The notes: generated by a model from the sequence alone, not told the origin. A stretch of 64,000 nucleotides of DNA from Candidatus Sericytochromatia bacterium (GCA_050248915.1 JBFWRL010000001.1:68218-132217), one strand, 5' to 3'. Counted from the first letter of the stretch, positions 36,537 to 47,300 are shown. Program-made: numbers and translations.

Positions 36537-37661
36537 ATGTCGCAAAACGCTCCTTTCACCCTCTTGCTCACCAGTGTGGGCAGTTTGCTTGGTCAAAATA
36601 TGCTCGATACCTTGGCCGATCGTCGTCAAGCCGTTCGGGTCGTGGGTCTCAACTCGCTGGCGCAGAATCCCCGCAATTTTCGCTGCGATCAGGTGTATCT
36701 TGTCCCTCCCACCCAGGACAGCCACTTCTTAAAACAGTTTGAAGCAATATTGGCCACCGAAAAACCCGATCTGATTCTGGCCGGGCGGGATGATGATGTT
36801 TTGTTTTTGACCGATTTAAAAAGCCGTCGACCAGATTTAGCCCCCCTGATTCCCTATGGAGATCCTGTCTCAGCAGAAATCATGCAGGACAAACTAAAAA
36901 GCCATGCTTTTGCCCAGGACAAAGGACTGGCTTTTGTCGACTCTTTTTTATTCGATGCCCATCGGGATTCAGGCGATCTGGAACGTTTTTTAAAACAAGT
37001 GGGATTTCCCCTGATTCTCAAACCGCTGGCTGGCTTTGGCTCAAATGGGGTCTGTGTCCTGGGCCATCGCGCTCAGCTCGAAGCCCTCTGGCCCCCTGAG
37101 GAACCCCTGCTGCTCCAGCCCTATCTCAGCCCCCCGCTGGAGTTGGAAAATTACTTGGCCCAATACAGAAAAGCGCCCCCTTTGTTTTTTCAGATTCCCG
37201 AAGAAAAGCAACATTCTTTTCAGTGTTTGATTGGGCCAAGAGGAGAGATTGGGGAGGGTTTTTGCGTTCAATTAAAATTGATCATGGGCCGGGTTGAGCA
37301 AATTGAAAGACGTTATGAGCCCACTTTATTGGCCCTGGGTCAGAGCTGCGCCAAGGCCTTTCGGGATCAAGGCTGGCGAGGCTCCTTTAACTTGCAAGCC
37401 AAAAAAGATCGGCAGAATCAGTGGCGAATTTTTGAATTCAGCCCACGTATGACCGGCAGTTTATCTGCCCGGCGACTGCTTGGCTACGATGAAATGGGGC
37501 TGCTTTTGAATCAATTTGCGCCCAAGGCCCCCTTTCCAGCTGAACCCATTCAAGCCCAGAGTCAGGGCTTGGTCATGCGCTCCCTCAAAGATGATTTCAT
37601 TGCGTATGACGCACTTCAACAATTGCAAAAAGAGCAGCAGTGGCACAAAAAATCCTCTTAA
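36537..37661 (+). CDS. ATP-grasp domain ligase
   Basis: Start placed at ATG 36537 (GGAAG RBS, 19 nt after the FkbM stop) rather than the overlapping 36498. The B/C-domain pattern …FLKQVGFPLILKPLAGFGSNGVCVLGHRAQLEAL… is present. Confidence 0.6.
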   Translation: MSQNAPFTLLLTSVGSLLGQNMLDTLADRRQAVRVVGLNSLAQNPRNFRCDQVYLVPPTQDSHFLKQFEAILATEKPDLILAGRDDDVLFLTDLKSRRPDLAPLIPYGDPVSAEIMQDKLKSHAFAQDKGLAFVDSFLFDAHRDSGDLERFLKQVGFPLILKPLAGFGSNGVCVLGHRAQLEALWPPEEPLLLQPYLSPPLELENYLAQYRKAPPLFFQIPEEKQHSFQCLIGPRGEIGEGFCVQLKLIMGRVEQIERRYEPTLLALGQSCAKAFRDQGWRGSFNLQAKKDRQNQWRIFEFSPRMTGSLSARRLLGYDEMGLLLNQFAPKAPFPAEPIQAQSQGLVMRSLKDDFIAYDALQQLQKEQQWHKKSS

Positions 37662-38530
37662 CAGGGCACCGGGGATATATCGGGGCCTGCCTGTACCAGC
37701 ATTTCTCTGAGGGCCCTGCGCAGGTGGAGATTGTCGCTGAACGCCTGGAAGAATTGCGCCCAAAATCGCGAGAAGCAGATCTGATCATCCATTGCGCCGC
37801 CAAACGTCAAAGCCCCAATCCCGTGCCGCCATCTTGGTACCAAAGCAACGAACTGGGCACCCAGTGTTTGTTGGAGAGTATGTGCCAACCCACCCCCATA
37901 CTCTGTCTCTCCAGCCGCATGGTCTATGCTGCGATTGGCCCTGAATCGGGCTGGACAGAAAACGATCCGATCGCCCCACAAACGGCTTATGGCCAATCCA
38001 AGGTGGCCACCGAACAACGGATTGTGGCAAGTGGGGTTCCCTATGTGATCTTAAGACTCAGCGGCGTGTTTGGGCTGGGTCTCGGGCAATGGGGACAAAC
38101 GTTTCCAGAACAGGTTTTGAGGCAATTGCTCAAAGGCGAAACGCCTGTCTTTTCGGGTTCTGAACATATTCGGGATTATCTCTACGTCTGGGACCTGGTC
38201 AAGCAGATCGATTACCTGATCCAACACAGAGAAGTTTGGCCGGGCATTTTTAATCTCAGCGGCCAACGCCGCCCTGTCAAACCCCTGCTCGACAGCCTGC
38301 TGCAACATTTTAGCCAGACCTTTGGGGAAAACCCTCAACTCAAACCAGAGATGGAAAGCCCTTCTCGCCAAGCACCTCCGCGCCTGGATATCCAAAAAAT
38401 CCAAAGCCTACCCGGCTTGCCTGAATGGACGAACGACACCCATGTGATTCAAACCCTGGTGCAAGATGCCAGGGTGCGTTTTGGCAGTTCTCAGCCCCCG
38501 GCTTGCCAAGGAACCAAACCCCTGTGCTAA
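37640..38530 (+). CDS. NAD-dependent epimerase/dehydratase (extended SDR)
   Basis: The N-terminal Rossmann ILLTGHRGYIGACL and the Y-x3-K pattern (YGQSK) are present. It overlaps the ATP-grasp gene by 22 nt. Confidence 0.7.
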   Translation: MAQKILLTGHRGYIGACLYQHFSEGPAQVEIVAERLEELRPKSREADLIIHCAAKRQSPNPVPPSWYQSNELGTQCLLESMCQPTPILCLSSRMVYAAIGPESGWTENDPIAPQTAYGQSKVATEQRIVASGVPYVILRLSGVFGLGLGQWGQTFPEQVLRQLLKGETPVFSGSEHIRDYLYVWDLVKQIDYLIQHREVWPGIFNLSGQRRPVKPLLDSLLQHFSQTFGENPQLKPEMESPSRQAPPRLDIQKIQSLPGLPEWTNDTHVIQTLVQDARVRFGSSQPPACQGTKPLC

Positions 38531-38601
38531 AATTAGGTGATCTTGAGGGAATCGAGAAAGAATCTCTCAAGCGTTTATCACAATCATAAGGTAATCTCTC
38601 C

Positions 38602-39474
38602 ATGCGCCATCTCTCCCCCCTCTGCGGAACCCTGCTTTTGAGCCTCATCACAACCGCCTGTGGTCCGACGCCAACCACGCCCACAGCCACCGATGCCCAA
38701 CAAATCGCCCTGCTCCAAGAGCAGATCAAGGCCCTGACCAAAAGCAGTGCTTCGCCCAGCCCTGGCAGCGGCTCATCCAGTGTTGCTGCGGTCCCCAGTG
38801 ATGCAGCCACCCCTGTCAAAATCCTGCAAGCCCAACCCTCCGTGATCACCGTGGCTCCCGGCCAAGAAAAACCAATTGAGATGGTTGTCTTGGTGCTCGA
38901 AAACAACAGTGTTTCGGTCTTAAAAAAACTGGACTTGCTGGAAATTACGGCAGGAGATAGCAGCGTGGCCACCGTCTCCAAAGATGGGGTGATCAAAGGT
39001 GTCAAAGAGGGTGTGACCCCTGTGACGTTAAAATTGGGCAATATTACCCAAACCCTGGTGGTAACGGTCAGCGGCACAGCGGCAGTTCCCACCCCCACAC
39101 CGGCACCGGCCACCACGGCCACACCCGCTCCGGCAGCCAGCCCCACCCCAACCCCCACACCCACAGCCACCCCCACGCCAGCTTCGCCCTACAAAGAACT
39201 GGGTGTCGACCAAACCAATTACAATCTCAAAACCCTGGAGACAAAATTGGTCACCCTCACGATCATTCTCAACGAGATTGATCCCGACACAGGCACCAAT
39301 AAATCGGGTTTTCTCTCAGACCAAACCAAAGCCCAGTGGAGCTCCAGCAATAGCGCTGTGGCCAATATCTCAGCTTCGGGCCTGATCACCGCCAATAGCG
39401 TCGGCACCGCCACCATGACGGTGACATATGGCGGTTTGAGCAAGACTTTTACGGTCACGGTAACGGCATCTTAA
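38602..39474 (+). CDS. Lipoprotein with Big_2 (bacterial Ig-like) domains and Pro/Thr/Ala-rich linker
   Basis: Lipobox LITTACGP. Ig-like segments (ATVSKDGVIKGVKEGVTPVTLKLGN; AVANISASGLITANSVGTATMTVTYGGLSKTFTVTV). A 40-aa PT/PA low-complexity linker is present. The antisense ORF 38340..39176 is a mirror artefact of this linker. Confidence 0.65.
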   Translation: MRHLSPLCGTLLLSLITTACGPTPTTPTATDAQQIALLQEQIKALTKSSASPSPGSGSSSVAAVPSDAATPVKILQAQPSVITVAPGQEKPIEMVVLVLENNSVSVLKKLDLLEITAGDSSVATVSKDGVIKGVKEGVTPVTLKLGNITQTLVVTVSGTAAVPTPTPAPATTATPAPAASPTPTPTPTATPTPASPYKELGVDQTNYNLKTLETKLVTLTIILNEIDPDTGTNKSGFLSDQTKAQWSSSNSAVANISASGLITANSVGTATMTVTYGGLSKTFTVTVTAS

Positions 39475-39823
39475 TTGGGTTTTAGGGAGCAGCCAAGGGG
39501 AGTTTCTCCACAGCTGTTCCAGACACTTTCTTTCAAACAAAGAGCCCGGAGCAGGGGCAAGACCTGAGTGGGTGATGAGGGCAATAGGAACCCCACCGAT
39601 CCAGGATGGACAAAGGTGGGGTGACTCTTAGCCCGCACAGCACAGGACGTGCGAAGCGGGCGGCCCGAATGCCCACTCAGGCCTCCTCTGCTCTGAGCCA
39701 TTGACCCCTTTGAACCAGCTCCAGCAAAGTGAGAGCTGGCAAGCCCAGATAAGCCCGAAAACCGTGGTCCCTCCTCCCCTGCTATAATGAAGTCTATCCC
39801 CATTCCAGCAAGGAGCAGTCCGG
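39475..39823 (+). other. 349-nt non-coding leader upstream of flhA with promoter-like elements and internal inverted repeats
   Basis: There is no plausible ORF on the plus strand. ttgacc lies near 39699 and gctataatg near 39780. An inverted repeat ccccacc...ggtgggg lies near 39588-39620. I could assign no known RNA family. Confidence 0.35.
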
Positions 39824-42007
39824 GTGGCCCTTTTGCCCTCTAAACAACCCTCTTCCCCCTCAGAATCCTCCCAATGGTTGGATCGCATCCTCAAACAGGG
39901 AGACTTGGGCATTGCGGCGATCATGATCGCCATCATCGGTTTGATGATGGTGCCCTTGCCAACCTTTTTCTTGGATATTTTGCTCACCCTGAACATCGCC
40001 CTGGGTTTGCTGGTCTTGATGGTCTCACTTTATGTCGACCGCCCCCTGGATTTTTCGACCTTTCCGACCCTGCTCTTGGTCTTGACACTGTTTAGGCTGG
40101 CACTTAATATCTCGTCCACGCGCCTGATTCTCTTGCAAGCGGATGCCGGCAAGGTGATTGAGACCTTTGGCAGTTTTGTGATCGGCGGCAATTATATCGT
40201 TGGGATATTGATCTTCATTATTCTGGTGGTGGTTCAATTTGTGGTGATCACCAACGGCGCGGGCCGCATTTCCGAAGTGGCCGCCCGCTTTACCCTCGAT
40301 GCCATGCCCGGCAAACAGATGGCGATCGATGCCGACCTCAACAGCGGCCTGATCGACGAAGAACAGGCCAAAGAGCGCCGCCGGGACGTGCAGCGCGAGG
40401 CAGATTTTTATGGCAGCATGGACGGTGCCAGCAAATTTGTGCGTGGCGACGCGATTGCTGGCATCATTATTACCTTTATCAATATCATTGGTGGCATTTT
40501 GATTGGCTCGTTTCAATTGGGCATGCCGGTGGTGCAATCCATGCAGCGCTATACCGTGCTCACAATTGGTGATGGCCTGGTCAGCCAGATTCCAGCCATG
40601 GTGATCGCCATTGCTTCAGGGGTGCTGGTTTCGCGCGCAGCGGGTGAGAGCCAATTGGGAGAGCGTATCTCCCGTCAATTGTTAAACATGCCCCGCGGCC
40701 TGCTGGTGGTTTCTTTTTTCTTGCTGCTGCTGGGATTGTTTACCCCCCTGCCCAAGATCCCCTTTTTGATTCTGAGCACGGTTTTGGCAGGCATTGGCAT
40801 GATTATGTTACAAGAGGAAAAACGGCAAATTGAGAATGGCGAAACCCCCAGCACAAGCAGTGGTGCCAAAGCCCTCTCCGGCGGCAAAGAACTCACGCCC
40901 GCTTTGAGCCCCGCCCAAACCGGCATGATGAGCAGTCGCAAAGAGCCCGAAGACATGATCAAATTGCTCAAAGTCGATCCAATGGAGCTGGAAATTGGCT
41001 ACCGTCTGATTCCCTTGGTTGATGCCGAACAGGGCGGCGACTTGCTCGAACGCATCACCAAAATTCGGCGTCAAATGGCACTGCAATTGGGCCTGGTTTT
41101 GCCTCCAATTCGCGTGCGCGACAATATTCAGCTCAAACCCCGCGACTATTCGATCAAATTGCGGGGCGTCGAAGTGGCCCGAGGCGAAGTACATGTGGGC
41201 CATTATTTGGCCATGAACCCTGGTTTGGCCAGCGAACAGCTCGAAGGGGTGCAGACCGTTGAGCCCGTCTTTAATCTGCCTGCGGTCTGGATCAGTGAGG
41301 CCCAAAAAGAGCGGGCCGAAATTCTGGGGTACACGGTCTTTGACCCCTCCACCGTGGTGGCCACCCACCTAACTGAGATCGTCAAACGTTACGCCTCAGA
41401 TATTCTCACCCGCCAAGACGTGCAGCGCCTGCTCGATACCGTCAAAGAAGAGGCCCCGGCTGTGGTCGACGAATTGGTACCCGGCCTGCTGAGTGTGGGT
41501 GAAATTCAGCGCGTTTTGCAAAACCTGCTGGCCGAGCGGGTCTCCGTCCGTGACATGATTCCGATTCTGGAGGCCCTGGCCAACCATGGCCGCGCCACCA
41601 AAGACCCCGATCTCTTAACCGAACACGCCCGTTTTGCTGTGGCCCGTTCGATCTGTATGCCTTTGCGCAGCCCCCAGGGCATGTTGCCCGCCCTGACCCT
41701 GGCCGCCGAGTTGGAGCAGATCATGACTGAGTCGGTGGCCCGCACCGATCAGGGCCTGACCCTGACCTTGGAGCCCCAAATTGCCCAACAGATTGTGAAT
41801 AATATCGCCCAAAAGGTCGAAGAGACAGCCGGCAAAGGTTATCACCAGCCGATTCTGCTCTGCTCGTCCAAAATTCGGCTGGTCTTGCGCCGCCTGACCG
41901 AAAGGGCCCTGCCCATGTTGACGATTCTCTCGTACAACGAAGTCATGGCCCAAGAGGCCCAGATTCAGACCATTGGCCGGGTGGATTTGAGTTTGCAGCT
42001 GAATTAG
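39824..42007 (+). CDS. flhA: Type III secretion export-gate protein of the FlhA/SctV (FHIPEP) family
   Basis: 727 aa. An N-terminal 8-TM domain is followed by the highly conserved block GAGRISEVAARFTLDAMPGKQMAIDADLNSGLIDEEQAKERRRDVQREADFYGSMDGASKFVRGDAIAGIII and a large cytoplasmic C-terminal domain. Confidence 0.85.
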   Translation: MALLPSKQPSSPSESSQWLDRILKQGDLGIAAIMIAIIGLMMVPLPTFFLDILLTLNIALGLLVLMVSLYVDRPLDFSTFPTLLLVLTLFRLALNISSTRLILLQADAGKVIETFGSFVIGGNYIVGILIFIILVVVQFVVITNGAGRISEVAARFTLDAMPGKQMAIDADLNSGLIDEEQAKERRRDVQREADFYGSMDGASKFVRGDAIAGIIITFINIIGGILIGSFQLGMPVVQSMQRYTVLTIGDGLVSQIPAMVIAIASGVLVSRAAGESQLGERISRQLLNMPRGLLVVSFFLLLLGLFTPLPKIPFLILSTVLAGIGMIMLQEEKRQIENGETPSTSSGAKALSGGKELTPALSPAQTGMMSSRKEPEDMIKLLKVDPMELEIGYRLIPLVDAEQGGDLLERITKIRRQMALQLGLVLPPIRVRDNIQLKPRDYSIKLRGVEVARGEVHVGHYLAMNPGLASEQLEGVQTVEPVFNLPAVWISEAQKERAEILGYTVFDPSTVVATHLTEIVKRYASDILTRQDVQRLLDTVKEEAPAVVDELVPGLLSVGEIQRVLQNLLAERVSVRDMIPILEALANHGRATKDPDLLTEHARFAVARSICMPLRSPQGMLPALTLAAELEQIMTESVARTDQGLTLTLEPQIAQQIVNNIAQKVEETAGKGYHQPILLCSSKIRLVLRRLTERALPMLTILSYNEVMAQEAQIQTIGRVDLSLQLN

Positions 42008-42014
42008 TCAGATT

Positions 42015-42785
42015 TTAGTCCGACTGCATCTGAAAGACGCCGCCCTCTTTGGACTGATACGAGAGCGAAACAAAAGCCACATGAATCGGATCCCAGGTAT
42101 CGCCCCCTGTTTGTTTGACAAAGCGCACCATATAACTCAAATTGAGGCGCAAACTGGGATTGAGCTGGTAGCCCACCCCCACCACTGAGCGGTTCTGGTT
42201 GAGGCCCTCGCCGCCCAAATCAAAGAAAAATTCACTGGAGACAAAAGGCGTCCAATCGCTGCCGGGCTGATTAAAGCTCAAGGCCAAGCGGTTGCGGTAG
42301 CGCCAGCGCTGATTGTCGGCCCGCACCCGGTATTCAATCCGGTGGCGATTGGCCCAGCCAATCTGCTCGCCAAATTGGCCCCGAAACAGCGGTTCCAATT
42401 CCAAGCGATGCTCTTCGATAAAGCGGCGGCTTTCAAGATTTTGTACCGCTGAATTGGTAAAATGGGCGGCCATGCTAAAATTGGGCGTGAGATTCCAGAT
42501 CGGGCCGATGCGCCAGAGCAATTGATGGATATCTGGAAAGACCGGCCCCTCTTGTAATTCGGTATAAAAGCGCATTTGGTCGGGGATAATATCGTGCCAG
42601 GCCAAATTGGGATCGGTTTCAGGCGAAAGCGTGAGTTGAAACTCATTGGCCAACCAGAGTTCGGTCTTTAAATTTTGGGCTTGTGCGGGAAGCAAAAATA
42701 CCGGAAGTGCAAACAAGGCCCAAAACGCCAGGAGCAAATCCACAGACAAGGCCTGTCGCAAAGACGTTAATGAATATGCCTTCAT
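42015..42785 (-). CDS. Predicted outer-membrane beta-barrel protein (DUF2490-like)
   Basis: Signal peptide. The sequence has an alternating amphipathic beta-strand pattern, Trp/Tyr/Arg-rich (…RWRYRNRLALSF…). I am unsure of the family. Confidence 0.45.
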   Translation of the reverse strand: MKAYSLTSLRQALSVDLLLAFWALFALPVFLLPAQAQNLKTELWLANEFQLTLSPETDPNLAWHDIIPDQMRFYTELQEGPVFPDIHQLLWRIGPIWNLTPNFSMAAHFTNSAVQNLESRRFIEEHRLELEPLFRGQFGEQIGWANRHRIEYRVRADNQRWRYRNRLALSFNQPGSDWTPFVSSEFFFDLGGEGLNQNRSVVGVGYQLNPSLRLNLSYMVRFVKQTGGDTWDPIHVAFVSLSYQSKEGGVFQMQSD

Positions 42786-42858
42786 ATTTAATTTACCTGA
42801 GCAAAAATTTATGGGCTGATTTTTGAGGGGTCAGCCCAAATTATAACTCAAATATGCG

Positions 42859-43926
42859 TCAACGGGCTTTGCTCAGCCACATGCGGTAATTTTCAAAGAC
42901 AAAGGGCTGTACGGGTTTTTTGAAAATCTGAATCGCGGTGCCCACCGGCACATGGTTAAAGACCCATTTGGCCCCGCCAATATTCAACCACTCGCCCCCC
43001 GATTGCACCCATTTATTGCTCAAACGCAGACAGCCATGGGAAGCCGGTGCACCGAGCAAATAGAGGTAATTTTCGCCCACCAGCCCGTGATTGCCATATT
43101 CAAAGCTGAAGTTGGGCACGAGAATGGTGGTCCAAAAAGGCATCAGAGATTCATAAAGAGTGGATTTGGGCGAGGCTATTTTGGGCCCCAATTTAAATTG
43201 CCCCGTGGGCGTGATTTTGCCCGGTGCGGCACTGGAGGTCAGGAGGCGTTCGATAATCTCATCTTTGTAGGTCACCAAATAATACTGGCGCTGGGAAACG
43301 CCGTTTTGGGCATAGTGTAAATTGACCCAAACCCGCCAATCGGCTGGGTTTTTACTCAGGCCAGAGACCTCAATTTGTTTGGGGAAAACCGAAGCTGCAA
43401 AGGGCTGAATATACAGGCGCAAATTGCGTGGGGCCACCCCCGGATAATTTAAACTGAGCTTGACATCTCTGCGGCCCGGCGACTTAAACAGGGCAAAAAT
43501 TTGCACCTGCCCCGAGGCCGGAATTTCAAACGCCACTTTGCGTCGCGGCAAGGGCATTTGATCATAGCCTTTGTCGTCATAACTGAGTTCACCTTTGAGG
43601 GGGAAAGCCGAATCTGGCAGACTTGCGGCGTTTTCGATCCAGATTTTGACAGGGCTGCGTTGGCCCTCTTGGGGATTGGCAAAATCCGCCATCAGGCGCA
43701 GCCCCTGTACAGGGGTCGGGGTCGCCGTCAGAGCTGGAACCGGTGTGGGCGCAGGACTGGGGATGGGTTTGGGGGTCGTAGAGGGAATGATTTCTGGGTA
43801 ATCTGATAAATCTGGGGAGGGGATCGGCTCCGCAGCCACAGCAAGAGACGTAAACATTACGCTTGCTAAGAAAAAAGGCAAAAGATATCGCATGGTTCGG
43901 TTCCAATCGTCAGGGAGTGCGGTCAA
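42859..43926 (-). CDS. L,D-transpeptidase (YkuD domain) with Pro-rich N-terminal region
   Basis: The catalytic motif GAPASHGCLRLSN lies in the C-terminal domain. Signal peptide. The N-terminal stretch is P/T-rich. Confidence 0.75.
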   Translation of the reverse strand: MTALPDDWNRTMRYLLPFFLASVMFTSLAVAAEPIPSPDLSDYPEIIPSTTPKPIPSPAPTPVPALTATPTPVQGLRLMADFANPQEGQRSPVKIWIENAASLPDSAFPLKGELSYDDKGYDQMPLPRRKVAFEIPASGQVQIFALFKSPGRRDVKLSLNYPGVAPRNLRLYIQPFAASVFPKQIEVSGLSKNPADWRVWVNLHYAQNGVSQRQYYLVTYKDEIIERLLTSSAAPGKITPTGQFKLGPKIASPKSTLYESLMPFWTTILVPNFSFEYGNHGLVGENYLYLLGAPASHGCLRLSNKWVQSGGEWLNIGGAKWVFNHVPVGTAIQIFKKPVQPFVFENYRMWLSKAR

Positions 43927-43984
43927 TTTTCTCTAGCTGGAGAGGTTTTTGTACCTCTTTCAATGATGGTACAATGCGCAAGGC

Positions 43985-44299
43985 TTGTCAATGAGATCAG
44001 CCCGCAACAAGGCAGGAAAAAGACGCTCCAAAACACAGGTGTTCAGGCAGAAAAAAATGGCATCACAAGACGGTCTGGATTTGGCAATCAGCATGGTCTC
44101 CCCGATGATCTTTGGTCTGGTTGTGGGGCTGTACCTGGATAAAGTCTTTCACACCCCCCCCGTCTTTATGCTCAGCTTGACGCTGCTCGGTGTGGCCACT
44201 GGCTTTTGGAGCATTATCAAACGGGCCTATGGCATGGCACCGCCCCCGAGCTCCAACAGTGAAAAAAAAACGAAACCAGATTCCAATCGCGATCCCTAA
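43985..44299 (+). CDS. Small membrane protein resembling the AtpZ/AtpI (ATP-synthase protein I) family, orphan
   Basis: …ISMVSPMIFGLVVGLYLDKVFHTPPVFMLSLTLLGVATGFWSI… has the two-helix G-x-x-LD pattern of PF09527-type proteins as I recall it. No ATP-synthase genes are nearby. An A9 run lies at 44262-44270 near the 3' end. Confidence 0.35.
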   Translation: MSMRSARNKAGKRRSKTQVFRQKKMASQDGLDLAISMVSPMIFGLVVGLYLDKVFHTPPVFMLSLTLLGVATGFWSIIKRAYGMAPPPSSNSEKKTKPDSNRDP

Positions 44300-44386
44300 A
44301 AGCCACGGCAGAAAATAGTCAAAAGAACGTTATAATAAACTATTAATATCTGATAGGGATCCACTAATTCCAACGGGGTACAGGCA

Positions 44387-47300
44387 ATGGCGCGCGGAGA
44401 CATCGATGATCGCATCCTCAAACAGGCCTTAATTGATCGCCAATTGGTAGACAAAACAACATTGGAAAGCCTGATTCAAGACCAAGAAGGACGTTTCCGA
44501 GCTCTGCGAAAAACCCTGCCTGGCAGCTCTTTTTTGATCAACCTCGCACAAAACACCCTGGAAATCACCGACCTCGTCAGCGGAGACACGCGCAAGAAAT
44601 TGACACTCAAAAGTGGCAAAGCTGAGGCCTTTGACCCAGAAAACTGGGAACATTGGGGCAGCTCGCCCCTCCTGGTTCAGGGCAGTGACGGCAACCAAGC
44701 CGGTCGCTTGGATGGGGAATTGACACCGACCTACGGCCTGGTCACCCTGCCCGACAGCAGCTATGTTTACAACAATGGCCGTTTGGACACCGAATACCTC
44801 GCCACCAGCGAATCCTGCCTATTTTCGGGGGTCTACAAAGGCAAACCCACTGCTGCCCCGTACGATCTCTTTCTCTCCCGCGATCGCTCCCTGCTCTGCC
44901 TCAGCGACCGGGGTGCTGGCACACTCAGACTGATCTCAACCCAGGACTTCAGCGATCGGGGCCCAATTCAAATCCGCGAGGCAGGCAGCAATTTGGCCCT
45001 CAATGTCGCCCCAGACACGGCCAAAAAACGCGTCTTTATCACCGACAATCAGACCTCCAATTTGTATATTCTCGATTTGGAGAGTTTACAAATTCAACGC
45101 CAGCGGGTGGGTTTGGGCATTTTGGGCAATATTTTGCTCTCACCCGATGGAGAGCATCTCTATTTGCTCACCCTCAAACCCAATCAAAATCTGGTCTACC
45201 TCAATACCCAAAATTTTGAAGCCGAAAAATCTGTCAAACTCAAAGGGGATCTGTTTAAAGCCAATAGCAGTGACCCCTCCGATCTGTTTGCGCTCTCACC
45301 CGACCAAAAACAATTGCTGGTCATGACCTATCTCAATGAACCCACGCCGTTTACCCCCGTGATCACTGTTTTGGAAGCAGAAGGGGTCAAAACGGTTAGG
45401 CGTTATTCGATCAAAGAAGAGGGCAAACCCAGCCAAATTCTCTTTGCCAGCAAAAACCCCTTTCAGGAACATGCCCGCCGCCTCGAAGATCTGGTGGTGG
45501 AGGCCCGCTTGCTTGAACCGCGGGCCCTGTGGGAGCTCAAACGCGAATTGCGGGAATTACAGGGCCTCGACCCCGATGAGGAAGGGCCCCTCAAACCCCG
45601 CAAAGCCAGCGAAAAAGAAGAATCTGAACCAGAAGAAGTCAGCGAAGAGACCGCGGTTGAAGAGGAACCGGTTGAAGCCGAAAAAGAGCCCGAGTTCCTT
45701 GAGATCGAACAGCACATTATTGATATCGCGGTCACCAAAAAAGACCAACAGAAAAAAGATGAGATGGGCATTACCCCTGCCAAAGCCCCCAAGATCGATC
45801 TGCCCCACGAGGCCCTGGAAGAGATCATCGATATCATGATCAATACCTTTCAGAAACAGGTCGAAGAAGATATCTCCGACTATCCCGATGTGATGATGCG
45901 CCTGCGCGAAGAAGCCGAAAAAGCCCGCCAAGAACTGGAAAATTATGACTCCGTGATTGTCCAAATTCCCGACTTGTTTGAGGGCAAATCGCTGCGCACG
46001 GTCATTTTGCGCGAAGCAATTGTGATGATGCTCGATCTCAAAGCCTCAATCAAAGCAGCAGGGGTCCGCACGGTGCCCACCCATTGCCCCAATTGCCGCC
46101 AGCCTCTTTTGGGCAGTTGGGACTGCGACGCCTGCGGCTTCGAAATCGACAATGCCGAACGGGCCTTTAAACGCCGCACAGCCTCCGCTGAACCCACCGC
46201 CAATTTGGCGCGTGGCCAAATTTTGGTCCCCGACCCGCTGGGGTTGCGTATTTTACAGCTCAACCCGTTTAAATTTGTGAGCTGGAGCCTCGACCCCGAT
46301 CAGCTTTCCTGTGACTATCCCGTGGACTGTCTGATGTTGCCCAATAACAATCTGCTCTTGGCCGACAAAGACGGGCACAAGATTATGGAAGTGGGCAGCC
46401 GGGGTAAAATTTTCTGGACCTTCGACAACCACGCTTCGGGCCGCCACGCCCTGCGCAATCCTGTGCGCATTACCTACCGCTACGAAGATGACAATTCTGT
46501 GCGCCTGCTAATTGTCGATCAAGGCAACCACCGTGTGCTTGAAGTAGATAAAAACAACGAGATCTATTGGGAGTTTGGCGTACAGGGAGAAGCCGGCGAT
46601 CACGGCAAACACCTCGACACCCCTTGTGATATTCAGTACACCCACGACAATACCTATTTGATCGCCGACACCGGCAATCACCGGGTGCTCGAAATCAAAG
46701 GGGGCAATATTTACAAGGAGTGGGGCGACAACCTTGACCTTAAATCCCCCACCTGCGCGCTGCGCCTGCTCAACGACCACACCCTGATTCTCGACTCAGG
46801 CAATTACCGCCTGCTGGAACTCGATGATCGCGGCCAAATTTTGCGGGAATCGACCTATTACAGCCGCGAAATTGATGAAGAGTTTCGCGTGGTGCATCCG
46901 ATCAAAATGATCCGCTTGCTCAACAAAGACATTTTGATCATGGATGAAGACAAATTGATTCAGGTCATGTTGAACACCAATAAACTGGTTTGGTATTCCA
47001 AACTCGACGATCTGGCTTTTCAGCCCCAGGTCCAAGAGGCAGAAATTGTCATCGACGAAAATGGCAATGAACGCCGGGTTTACAAGGTGATTGACCACGG
47101 CGATATCCGCCCCGTGCGCCTCTCACAAAAAATCAATTTTAAGCGCATGCAGCAATTGATTGCCGCCCGTTTGCAGAATGAGACGGTGCCAGGCGAAGAA
47201 GAAGACCCAGATAAAATGAGCATTGGGGCTGCCGACCGCCTGCGTAGTCTGCTGGCCGACCGCAAGGCCGAACAGGCCCGCACCATGCAAGAGCTCAATC

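Noticed and set aside
38340-39176. 278-aa minus-strand ORF full of GVGVG/AGAG repeats
   Set aside because: It is a mirror image of the Pro/Thr/Ala-rich linker of the Big_2 lipoprotein on the plus strand. It has no start context.
39475-39823. Possible c-di-GMP (GEMM) or other riboswitch upstream of flhA
   Set aside because: I looked for GEMM-I/II, SRP, RNase P, tmRNA and 6S signatures by eye and found no convincing conserved motifs. It is kept only as an unexplained long leader.
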